Origin: an uncultured Bacteroidota bacterium
GTDB taxonomy: Bacteria; Bacteroidota; Bacteroidia; 2-12-FULL-35-15
DNA length: 64,000 nt
Assembly (NCBI GenBank): GCA_963727705.1
Contig: CAVSHK010000042.1
Span: 7,552 to 71,551 of the forward strand
Direction of reading: 5' to 3'
Below the pieces are notes generated by a model. That model was not told the origin of the DNA. It saw nothing but the letters and a program-made list of their open reading frames with translations, and ran no database searches. Below, one piece after another: positions 44,144 to 53,700 of this stretch (positions within the stretch are counted from its first letter, which is position 1; every line of letters starts with the position of its first letter). The position numbers were made by a program, and so were the translations under genes.

Positions 44144-45005
44144 GAAGCTGTTCAAAATTTATTCAAATTAATTTTTAAAGCCGCCAAATGAATGGCCGCT
44201 TCACTGTTTTCAGGTAAGAATTCATAATCCTTGCTAAGCCTTCTGTATCCATTGAGCCACGCAAATGTTCGTTCAACTACCCATCTTTTTGGTAAAATCT
44301 TAAATCCTTTGTTTACATCTGTTCTCAATACAATCTCCATATCAAGGTCATGCTTGAGTTTAAGTGTTTCAATTAACTTTCCTCTATAACCGCCATCAGC
44401 AACTATTTTTTTCGCCCTAAAAAACACTTCTCGAAATCTTCTCACAACAAGCTCTGCCATTGCGGTATCATGAAGATGTGCTGCATGAACTACTACTGAC
44501 AATACATTGCCTAAAGTATCAACAATTACATGACGCTTACGTCCTGTAATTTTTTTATTGCCATCGAAACCTCTGATGCCTCCTCCCGGAGTGGTCTTTA
44601 CACTTTGACAATCTATTATAACCATACTTGGCTGTGCTTGTTTTCCTGCTTTCATTCGTACTATTTCATTAACCCGATGCATTATATCTTCTATCACTCC
44701 CATCTCAACCCACTTTGTAAAATAATAATAAACAGTCTTCCATTTTGGAAAATCTTTAGGTAGCATACGCCATTGGCAACCTGTTTTGTTCCAATAGAGA
44801 ATACCATTCCATATGGTTCTTAATTCATTTTTACGTTTTCGTTCATTCTGTGGAATCAATTTTTTTATACCTTGCCATTGGGCATCAGTGAGATTGCTTG
44901 TGTACATATTGGTTCTTGGATTTGGTCATCCTCTAACCAACTATTTTATTCAACTTCAATCTGATGCCTCTTATTTTTATTACTCACAAAATTTTGAACA
45001 GCTTC
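44144..45005 (-). mobile_element. IS5-family insertion sequence (IS1031-like group)
   Basis: TIR GAAGCTGTTCAAAATTT / AAATTTTGAACAGCTTC; flanking triplets TTA and TGA. Confidence 0.9.
44152..44907 (-). CDS. IS5-family transposase
   Basis: Y.SNLTD.QW, TGCQWRMLP.DFP.W.TVY, IDCQSVK, GRKRH..VDT.G, AD.GY, RWVVERTFAWL..YRRL.KDYE. Confidence 0.95.
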   Translation of the reverse strand: MYTSNLTDAQWQGIKKLIPQNERKRKNELRTIWNGILYWNKTGCQWRMLPKDFPKWKTVYYYFTKWVEMGVIEDIMHRVNEIVRMKAGKQAQPSMVIIDCQSVKTTPGGGIRGFDGNKKITGRKRHVIVDTLGNVLSVVVHAAHLHDTAMAELVVRRFREVFFRAKKIVADGGYRGKLIETLKLKHDLDMEIVLRTDVNKGFKILPKRWVVERTFAWLNGYRRLSKDYEFLPENSEAAIHLAALKINLNKF

Positions 45006-45043
45006 TGAGTTTTTTTTAACTTCTTCTTTCATTGTTTAAACTT

Positions 45044-45092
45044 ATGATTCGAAGGTTCAAAGTATAGCTAAATCATCCATAAATTGTTTCGT
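45044..45092 (+). repeat. island-end motif copy 1
   Basis: ATGATTC..TTCAAAGTATAGCT....CATCCATAAATTGTTTCGT; second copy at 47180-47228. Confidence 0.75.
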
Positions 45093-45104
45093 TGTTTTTA
45101 CAGA

Positions 45105-45158
45105 TGGCCACCCTTTTAAAGCTTAAAACCACTGTAAACACCGGGGTTTTTATTTTTT
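45105..45158 (+). repeat. att-like direct repeat copy 2
   Basis: TGGCCACCCTTTTAAAGCTTAAAACCACTGTAAACACCGGGGTTTTTATTTTTT duplicates the tRNA-His 3' end and terminator. Confidence 0.88.
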
Positions 45159-45192
45159 CACCACGGAAGCTAATCCGAAATATCTATTCAAA

Positions 45193-46824
45193 TTATTTAA
45201 TAATAAACTTACCCATAAAATCAACCCCTCTTTTTTTTCTTGTAGAAGAGAAGTCTACGGTATAAATATCATTATTTAAAATGAGAAGATTTTCCTGAAG
45301 AAATTCTTTTTTTTCCTTTTCAATTGTTTCTTTTATACTTAGTTCAGAAAACGCTTTCTTATAATTACCATTAGTATAATCGAAAATAGCATAATAAATC
45401 CCTTTGTCAATTTTATATGGGTTGTCAATGTCAATTTTTTCAGAAGAACCAAAACAAACATAAAACTTATTATTTCTGCTTATTACCTTCAAGTCCTGTA
45501 CATTCCAACCAGGATACACAGCAGTGCGATCCAAATTAGACATCCAATCTATTTGTCCATTTTCTTTAATTTTTATGGCGCAGATGTTCGCTTTAATACT
45601 ACGTTTTAACAGATAACGATTTGTTGCTCCATTTGAACCGGTATAGGATCGTTCTTCTGAATAATTACCAGTATTACAGCAAAAAAGCACCAAGTTGTCA
45701 TTATCTAAAGAGTGAATGCTTTCAATATTAAATTCTTCAGATGAAATATATGGTTCAATCACCCTTTTCTTTTTACCAAATGAAAATACAAGATCGTTTT
45801 TTACTGAATCCAACACGTTAGAGAATAATATACTTAACTGCTCCTTAGTAAAATAATTAAACCTCAAATCCTCTTTAAAATTAAATGTTTTTGAATCAAT
45901 AATACCATAAAAAAAACCGTCAATATTTATCCCTTTTTTGTCCTTATTTAAATCAGAGAAAAAACCTAAAATTTTTACAGAATTACTATCTTCTATAAAA
46001 TTACAATTGAATACATTTCTATTGTCAAACTTCATATTAAACGTTTTTACAGCTCCTGTAATCGTATTTATTATTGAATAAATCGGGAAGTAATCGTTTT
46101 GCCCCTTCTTCAAATCTTCACTTTGTTCCTTATTGATTTTTAAATTGCACTTAATGTGTAAATTTCCATCATTACCTAATTTATAATCACATGAAAGTTT
46201 ATTAGATTTAGCGATAACAATAATGGGCAACGTTATATTATTGTTTTCAGCAATAGCAGACAAGTTAGCATCAAAAATTTTAAATTCTATCTTAAGCCTT
46301 TCGCCTTTTTCTGTAGACTTTTCAGCTCCTATTATTATTTTTTCGTTTTTTATATTCTCTTCTATAAAAATTTCCGCCTTCTTTTCTTTACCTTTTTCAC
46401 TGGCAATCTCATATATTTTTTTAAAATCAAAAATCAGGTTTAAATTATTATCATAGCAAGCAGCATATAACTCATCCATTTTTCTTGATTCCTTATACCA
46501 TAAAACAAAAATAGAGTTCTCAAAAACGATCGTTTTATACCAACCGTAATCACCCATTTTTTTATTTGCTGTTCTTTTGTCCCAAACAACAACTTCATTT
46601 ACCTTGTCAAGAGTGTTTTTATCATATGCAATTAATTTATACTTTTTGTCACTTTCAAATTTGACATACAATTTTTTTGAATTCGCGCCCTTTTGACCTG
46701 CAAGTCTACCTAATTCATTATCAAATGGTATTGGAGCCGACCATTTAATATCCAAAGTTTGAGCATTGAGTTTTACCCCATTAAACAATATAATTATCGT
46801 AAAAAATAAAATTACTTTTTTCAT
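45193..46824 (-). CDS. secreted hypothetical protein (beta-rich, low GC)
   Basis: Signal peptide ending LNA-Q; 543 aa; no motif recognised. Confidence 0.7.
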   Translation of the reverse strand: MKKVILFFTIIILFNGVKLNAQTLDIKWSAPIPFDNELGRLAGQKGANSKKLYVKFESDKKYKLIAYDKNTLDKVNEVVVWDKRTANKKMGDYGWYKTIVFENSIFVLWYKESRKMDELYAACYDNNLNLIFDFKKIYEIASEKGKEKKAEIFIEENIKNEKIIIGAEKSTEKGERLKIEFKIFDANLSAIAENNNITLPIIVIAKSNKLSCDYKLGNDGNLHIKCNLKINKEQSEDLKKGQNDYFPIYSIINTITGAVKTFNMKFDNRNVFNCNFIEDSNSVKILGFFSDLNKDKKGINIDGFFYGIIDSKTFNFKEDLRFNYFTKEQLSILFSNVLDSVKNDLVFSFGKKKRVIEPYISSEEFNIESIHSLDNDNLVLFCCNTGNYSEERSYTGSNGATNRYLLKRSIKANICAIKIKENGQIDWMSNLDRTAVYPGWNVQDLKVISRNNKFYVCFGSSEKIDIDNPYKIDKGIYYAIFDYTNGNYKKAFSELSIKETIEKEKKEFLQENLLILNNDIYTVDFSSTRKKRGVDFMGKFIIK

Positions 46825-47179
46825 CCTTTCTTTCCTTTAAGATTGTTTCTAAAAAATTGTTTCAAGAGTGTTGAATACAAATTGCAGTGTCCCTAAAACA
46901 ATTTTTCAAAGCTCTTTCTCAAAAATACAATATCTTTTCATACAACGTTGTTTTCTATCAATAAAATCCAACTGGCACATTCTTACAAAGTCTTACAATT
47001 AGTTAGTGCTTAAATTAATTTCAGGTTATGTTTATATGATTGATCAAAGTTAAAAAACTAGTTTTTATTATTACTATTGCATCAGCAACATGGAAAAATC
47101 CAGTACCTATAATAAAATAAGAAGTTCATACAAAATAACATATTGAGGAAAATGTGCTATCGCAATTATTTATGCGCAA

Positions 47180-47228
47180 ATGATTCCTACTTCAAAAGTA
47201 TAGCTGAGGCATCCATAAATTGTTTCGT
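47180..47228 (+). repeat. island-end motif copy 2
   Basis: Shares GTATAGCT and CATCCATAAATTGTTTCGT with 45044-45092. Confidence 0.7.
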
Positions 47229-47287
47229 AATTTTATTAATTAGTTTCTGCAAAACGATTAGCTTACCAGCTATAATCTTTAATTTTT

Positions 47288-48472
47288 ATGATAAAAGAAC
47301 GAAAGCTAAACATCTTGTTTCTGTCGAGTTGGTATCCGAATAGAGTGGCTCCCACCCTTGGCAATTTTGTTCAGAGACATGCTGAGGCTGCTGCATTAAA
47401 ATGCAATGTAGTTGCACTATTTGTATGCGCAGACGCTTCATGCAAACAAAATTTTGAAATTACAGAGCAAATAATAAACAATGTTTACACAATAAATGTT
47501 TACTACAAAAAAGTTGAATCTTCCGTTCCCATACTGTCAACGGCTCAAAAGCTTTTTCGATTTATGCGTGGTTATTATCAAGCCATTATAACTGCAAAAA
47601 AAAGAATGAAAAAAATCGATTTGGTGCATCACAATGTATTGTACCCCGTTGGGATTATTGCATTATTTCTAAAATATGTTATGGGTATTCCTTACATTGT
47701 TTCGGAACACTGGACAGGATACTTACCTGTTTCCAATAATTATAAAGGTTTTTTAAAAAAAATGATAACCAAAACAATTGCTAACAATGCAAGTTGTTTA
47801 ATTCCTGTTTCTAAAAACTTACAAATAGCAATGAAAAACCATGGTTTTAAATACAACTATGCAATAGTTCCTAATGTAGTTGATATCAAATTATTTTATC
47901 CACGGTTAACAAAATCAAAAGACGGAAAAATAAAACTGCTCCATGTTTCAACATTAAATGATGAGCAAAAAAACATCTCGGGAATCCTACGAACTATCTC
48001 CGTATTAACGGAGCTACGAAGTGATTTTGAAATTTTGTTTATTAGTGATGGTGATATTATAACGCATATTAAAAAAGCAAAGGAATTGGGTATTTACCAA
48101 ACAATCGCTTTTTTTGATGGCACAAAAACAACCATTGAAATTGCAGAATTGATGCGCAATGCCGACTGTTTGGTTCTTTTCAGTAATTATGAAAATTTAC
48201 CCTGTGTAACATTAGAAGCCATGGCGTGCGGCATCCCCATTGTTTCATCTGAAGTAGGAGAAATACCGGAACACATCAACGATACATTTGGAATACTTAT
48301 AAAACCAATGGACGAAGAGGCATTATTAAATTCATTAAACAAAATGATTGAAAACATTAAAGCAAAAAAATACAATGCACAAAAGTTGAGCGATTATGCA
48401 AAAACACATTTTAGCTACGAAAAAGTGAGTGAACAATTCCTTTCTCTTTACAAAAAGAACATTAACGAATAA
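47288..48472 (+). CDS. glycosyltransferase family 4
   Basis: SWYP....G.FV..HA, SEHW, VPNVVD, SNYENLPCV.LEAMACG.P.VSS.VG. Confidence 0.9.
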   Translation: MIKERKLNILFLSSWYPNRVAPTLGNFVQRHAEAAALKCNVVALFVCADASCKQNFEITEQIINNVYTINVYYKKVESSVPILSTAQKLFRFMRGYYQAIITAKKRMKKIDLVHHNVLYPVGIIALFLKYVMGIPYIVSEHWTGYLPVSNNYKGFLKKMITKTIANNASCLIPVSKNLQIAMKNHGFKYNYAIVPNVVDIKLFYPRLTKSKDGKIKLLHVSTLNDEQKNISGILRTISVLTELRSDFEILFISDGDIITHIKKAKELGIYQTIAFFDGTKTTIEIAELMRNADCLVLFSNYENLPCVTLEAMACGIPIVSSEVGEIPEHINDTFGILIKPMDEEALLNSLNKMIENIKAKKYNAQKLSDYAKTHFSYEKVSEQFLSLYKKNINE

Positions 48473-48523
48473 CAACTATTCAGATTTGCTACATAAATAT
48501 TCACCAACTCAATAGACAATACA

Positions 48524-49248
48524 ATGAATACTTCTAAGTTCTACGACAATTTTATTCCTTATCAATTAAACTCAGGAATAAACGAACGCATCTTTCATCT
48601 CTATAAAAGAGTATGTAAATCAGGTTTAGCATCAACCGACAAGGTGTTAGAAATAGGTTGTGGTATTGGCATTTTAACCTATTTGTTAAGTATAAAAATT
48701 AAAAAGGGTGAAATAGAAGTTGTTGACATTAGCAAAAAGTCCATTGAATTTGCAAAAAAACATTTAAAAAAAGCCAATGTTCAATTTACGGTATCCAGCA
48801 TTTTACAATACAAAACCAAACTTTTACATTTTGATAAAATTTTGTTATTCGACACATTAGAACATATACCAGAAGAAAATCATTTGGAACTATTTACCAA
48901 TATCGGAAAGTGGCTGAGCAATGATGGGATAATATTTATCAATATCCCTAATCCTAATTATATTTTATACAAATCAAAAAAATCGATCCCGAAGCACTTC
49001 AGGAAATTGACCAACCTGTTTTTATTGATGAGCTGGCAACCGTTTTATCCAAGGCTTCTTTGGAGCTTGAATATTTTGAAACATACAGCATTTGGGTGAA
49101 AAATGATTATCAATTTTTGAAAGTAAAAAAGAAAGTTGAATTCAAAAAAACAATAATAAGCACTGAACGAAATTTGACAAAGAAAATTAATGCGAAAATA
49201 AACAGAATGTTAAGAACCTTTATTTATAGTTACCCACCCAAAAAGTAG
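48524..49248 (+). CDS. class I SAM-dependent methyltransferase, frameshifted near 48971-48982
   Basis: VLEIGCGIG, VDIS, D.LEHIP; the other frame continues DPEALQEIDQP... to the stop at 49248. Confidence 0.78.
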
Positions 49249-49423
49249 CCGCTTAATTATTTGTTGCTGTTTAACCAGAATAAATTTCAACATGTATTTC
49301 ATACCAAGGATAACTCTCCAGCATGTTATTTCAATAACTGTGGTACATGCATACCTTGCGTTTTTTTATCAATTCTCTAAGTATGCTAATACTTATTTAA
49401 TAATTTCAACTCCATAGTGTGAT

Positions 49424-50615
49424 CAGGTTTCACGCATTAAAATTTAAAAGTGTTTTTAAGTATTTCTTATCATAATTAGCCCTTAGCTTCTTGTGAGTCA
49501 TTGAGAGTTTTGATTTTTTTTCTTGATTTAGCAGATTGATAGCTATTTTATTCGTAAGAATAAAATTCTGCGCGGTGTATCCTTTTCTTTTTCTACTCTT
49601 GTCTTCATCAAAGTTTACATCTAATATCCAATGTAATGAATTTTCTATCCCCCAATGCTTTCGGATAAGCCTATTGAACACTTTTGCTGTTTGATTTAAT
49701 GAGCTGATATAATAGCGTGTTTGCTCTTGTTGTTCGTTGTTAACCCATCGCTTTGTTTCTATTTGTACAATTGACTTTACTCCTTCCCATTCTTTTTTTT
49801 GTTCTATCATTTTCAAGTTATTAATCACAGTGCATTTGCGCAACTCCACTCTGCCGCTATTTTTTTCTGTTTGCTCATCGGTGCTTTCTGGTTTTATAAT
49901 AGTAAAACTACTGGTTATATCTTTTCTTAATTGTTCTTGATTATCTTTTACTGCAAGAATATAATCCGCTTCTTTATCCACAATTTGTAAGGCTATTTCT
50001 TTTTGGCAGCCCAAGGCATCAATGGTTATAATCTTATCTTTTAGATCCAACATTTTTAACAAGTTTTTGATTCCTATTATTTCATGTCCTTTGCCTTGTG
50101 TTTTAAATTGACCAAGTACCAACTTGTTTTCACTTGCCCACGCATTGACTAAATACAATGGTTCTTGGTTCTTTTTTTTATCATTGCTATTGCGGGCAAC
50201 TTTGCCGTCTATTGCAATAAGTTCTTTTTTGTTTTCACTCAATGCTTTCGTCCATGTTATAAAACAAGCGTGAAAATCATCAGGATTTATCAAGCTGTAT
50301 ACCCTTTCAATAGTATCGTGAGAAGGTACGCCATTACTAAAATCAATAAGGTCAGACAATTCTTTTTGTCGCAACCGTCCAAACATTGCAATGTGTTCCC
50401 AACTTCTTATTCCGCATAAAACGGCAACAATTGTTAAACTGAAAACGGTATCTAAACTATGAAGTTTTTTCCTCTCAATGCGAGGGTCTGAAATGGTTCT
50501 AAAGTACTTCCTGATTTGCATTTTTATTGCAAAGCAATGCATCATTCGTATTCAGTTTCTAAAATAATAACTTTTCATTCAACTATATCTTGTTGATTTT
50601 AATGCGTGAAACCTG
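49424..50615 (-). mobile_element. ISAs1-family insertion sequence
   Basis: Perfect 20-bp TIR CAGGTTTCACGCATTAAAAT (49424-49443 / 50596-50615); 8-bp TSD AGTGTGAT (49416-49423, 50616-50623). Confidence 0.95.
49430..50545 (-). CDS. ISAs1-family (H-repeat) transposase
   Basis: DPR, PSHDT, IAIDGK, ITIDA.GCQ, DY.LAVK.NQ, R.HW.IEN.LHW.LDV.F.ED. Confidence 0.95.
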   Translation of the reverse strand: MMHCFAIKMQIRKYFRTISDPRIERKKLHSLDTVFSLTIVAVLCGIRSWEHIAMFGRLRQKELSDLIDFSNGVPSHDTIERVYSLINPDDFHACFITWTKALSENKKELIAIDGKVARNSNDKKKNQEPLYLVNAWASENKLVLGQFKTQGKGHEIIGIKNLLKMLDLKDKIITIDALGCQKEIALQIVDKEADYILAVKDNQEQLRKDITSSFTIIKPESTDEQTEKNSGRVELRKCTVINNLKMIEQKKEWEGVKSIVQIETKRWVNNEQQEQTRYYISSLNQTAKVFNRLIRKHWGIENSLHWILDVNFDEDKSRKRKGYTAQNFILTNKIAINLLNQEKKSKLSMTHKKLRANYDKKYLKTLLNFNA

Positions 50616-50721
50616 AGTGTGATGGATTAATACAAAAATTGTGTTTTTTTAACAAATATCCACCCATCTTTTTAATATCTTTATTCGTAACCAACCATTA
50701 ATATTTACTAATGGAATCATT

Positions 50722-53700
50722 ATGACTAAAAGTATTTTAAAAGGATTAAATATTCCGGAATTTATAAATGAGGAATCATTAGCAAGTATTTTCAGGGAAT
50801 CAGCGAAGAAAAGAAGAACGGCAACTGCTTTAACTTTTCACAAAAAGTCAATAACCTATGAGGAATTAGATGAATGGAGTGATTCAATTGCTGCATTTTT
50901 ATCAAACAATAATATTGGAAGCGGTAATTATATTGGAGTATGGTTACCTCGTGGGCTTGAACTTCATGTAACTATACTGGGCATAACAAAATCAGGTGCA
51001 ACTTATGTCCCTATGGATTACGAAATTCCTACTGAAAGAGTGCACACAATACTTGATGAAGTGGGTGCTTCTGCAATTTTTACCGACAAACCTATTAACC
51101 TTCCATGCTCAGTTTATGCTCCATTACAGCAACATTACCCGTTTGACAAAAACAAAGTACCTTCTTTATTGAGCTCTGATGATTTTGCATATGTATTATA
51201 TACTTCTGGAAGTACAGGTAAACCTAAAGGAATTCCAATTACTCAAAAACAAATTTGTCATCTTATAAGGGCAGAACAAAGTATTTTTAATATTAAACCT
51301 GATGATAAAGTGTATCAGGGATTTTCTGTTTCATTTGATATGTGGTGCGAAGAGACCTGGCTATCTTATTTAGCAGGTGCATCATTATGGGTAGCTGATA
51401 CAATAACGGCAAAATCTATTGATGAGTTAACGGATGTATTAGAACGGGAGAAAATAACGATTTTTCATGCTGTACCAAGTCTTTTAGCAGCAATGCCTAA
51501 AGATGCTGTTACCGTAAGATTGGTTAATGCAGGTGGGGAAGCTTGTACTCCTAAAGCTTTAAAAAAATGGGCGAATGCAAATCGTCTCTTTTATAATAGT
51601 TATGGGCCTACAGAAACAACTGTTACTGCCACCATGGCAAAACTAAACAAAGATGATAAGATAACGATTGGAAATGTTTTACCTAATTATTCTTTAGCTA
51701 TTGTTGATGAACAATATAACCCTGTTGATATTGGAACTGAGGGTGAGCTTATTATTTCAGGTATAGGAGTAGCGAAAGGTTATATTAAAAATCCGGAATT
51801 AACTAAGGAGAAATTTATAGATAAACCAGAATCACTAGCGTCATTATATGGTGAAAAAATATATAGAACAGGAGACTTAGCTATATTAAACGATGCAAGA
51901 AATATTGAGTTTATTGGCAGAATTGATGACCAAATTAAATTACACGGGTACCGTATTGAACTTGGAGAAATAGAATCGAAATTAGCCTTTATAAATGGCA
52001 TTAAAGAGGCTGCATGTAAAATAATAAAAGATGCTAATGCTCAGGAATACCTTGTAGCATTTATAACTGTAGGAGCATTATTTCAATTAAACGAGTCATT
52101 CATAAAAAATGAATTAGCAAAGTCGCTTCCAAAGTATATGATTCCTTCTAGTATAGTTATTATAGACAAAATACCAAGACTGGCAAGTGGTAAAATAAAC
52201 AGGAAGGAATTATTAGTGCCGGAATTTAAAAATCAAAAAACAGCAACTTCGGAAATTGATAGCTCCGCTATGGGAGAAACTGTTTCGGAGAAAGTGGTAT
52301 ACATCCTAAAGAAAATTATGCCCAATACAGATATTTCATTAGAATATGATTTCTTTGATAAAATAGGAGGCGACTCTTTTACTACAGCCGTATTTGTATC
52401 GGAACTAAGAGATCATGCAGGAATACCCAATGCTTCTATTAAAGATGTTTATACTCACAGACCTCTTATTAAGTTAGTAGAGTTCTGGGAGAAAGATACC
52501 GAGAAACAAAGCAAACAAGCGGATCTAAACAAAGAGCAAAACGAAAAATTTAATGAGGCAAACAAATGGAATTATTTCACATGCGGTATTGCACAATCAG
52601 TTTCATTGCTATTTATATGTGCATTATTTGCTATGCAATTATTTCTTCCTTATTTGGGTTACAGCTATGTTTTCTCTTTGCTAAAAAGTCACACTTATGC
52701 TATAATAACTGCATTTTCATTGTACTGTATAAACACACCATTGTTTTACTTCATTAGTATTTTTCTTAAATGGGTAATTATCGGAAAAATGAAAGAAGGC
52801 GACTATCCATTATGGGGATCTTATTATTTCAGGTGGTGGTTTGTAAAGAGTATCCAAAAACTGGTAAATGTGCAGTTATTGAGTGATACCCCTCTTTACT
52901 CGATTTATATGAAATGGTTGGGAGTTAAAATTGGAAATGATGCACAGCTATCTGTTTTGAAAATTGGTGCGGAAGATTTAGTAACGATGGGAAAAGATGT
53001 AAGCATCAGTTCTAATGTAGTTTTAGATAATGCCTTTATTGAAAACGGATGGTTGAAATTAAGGAAAATAGAAATAGGAGACCATGCATATATAGGTAGT
53101 AGTGCTGTAGTTGGGCCTAACACTAAAATGGAAGATTGGTCAGAACTACAAGACTTAAGTGCTCTTTTACCAAATCAGATAATTAAATCAAAAGAAGTAT
53201 GGGAAGGAAGTCCTGCAAAAAAATTAAGACTAAAAACTACAGATGAACTGCCAGAACCTCTCCATGTCTCTTTTTACACAAAAGCAAATTATAGTTTTCT
53301 TTACGGGATAATTATTATGCATTTCCCTCTAGCCATGATTATTCCTATTTTACCAACAATTATTGTTTTAAATGAGAACAATCACAATATGTATGGGAGA
53401 GATTTTAGTTACCTTGTTCTAACACCTATTCTTGCATTTTTATACATAATAATCTTTTTGATTCAAACTATTGTTTGCAGTCGTATACTTCAATATAATA
53501 TAAAACCGGGCGTTTATAAGGTGTATAGTTCTTTATATTTACGAAAGTGGTTATCAGACCAGTTTATGAGTCTTTCCTTAAATGTATTGCACCCAATATA
53601 TGCAACAATTTATATCTCATCAATGTTTCGTGCATTTGGAGCAAAAATTGGTAAGAAAACAGAAATTTCAACAGCTAGTGGAATTACTCATCCGCTTTTA

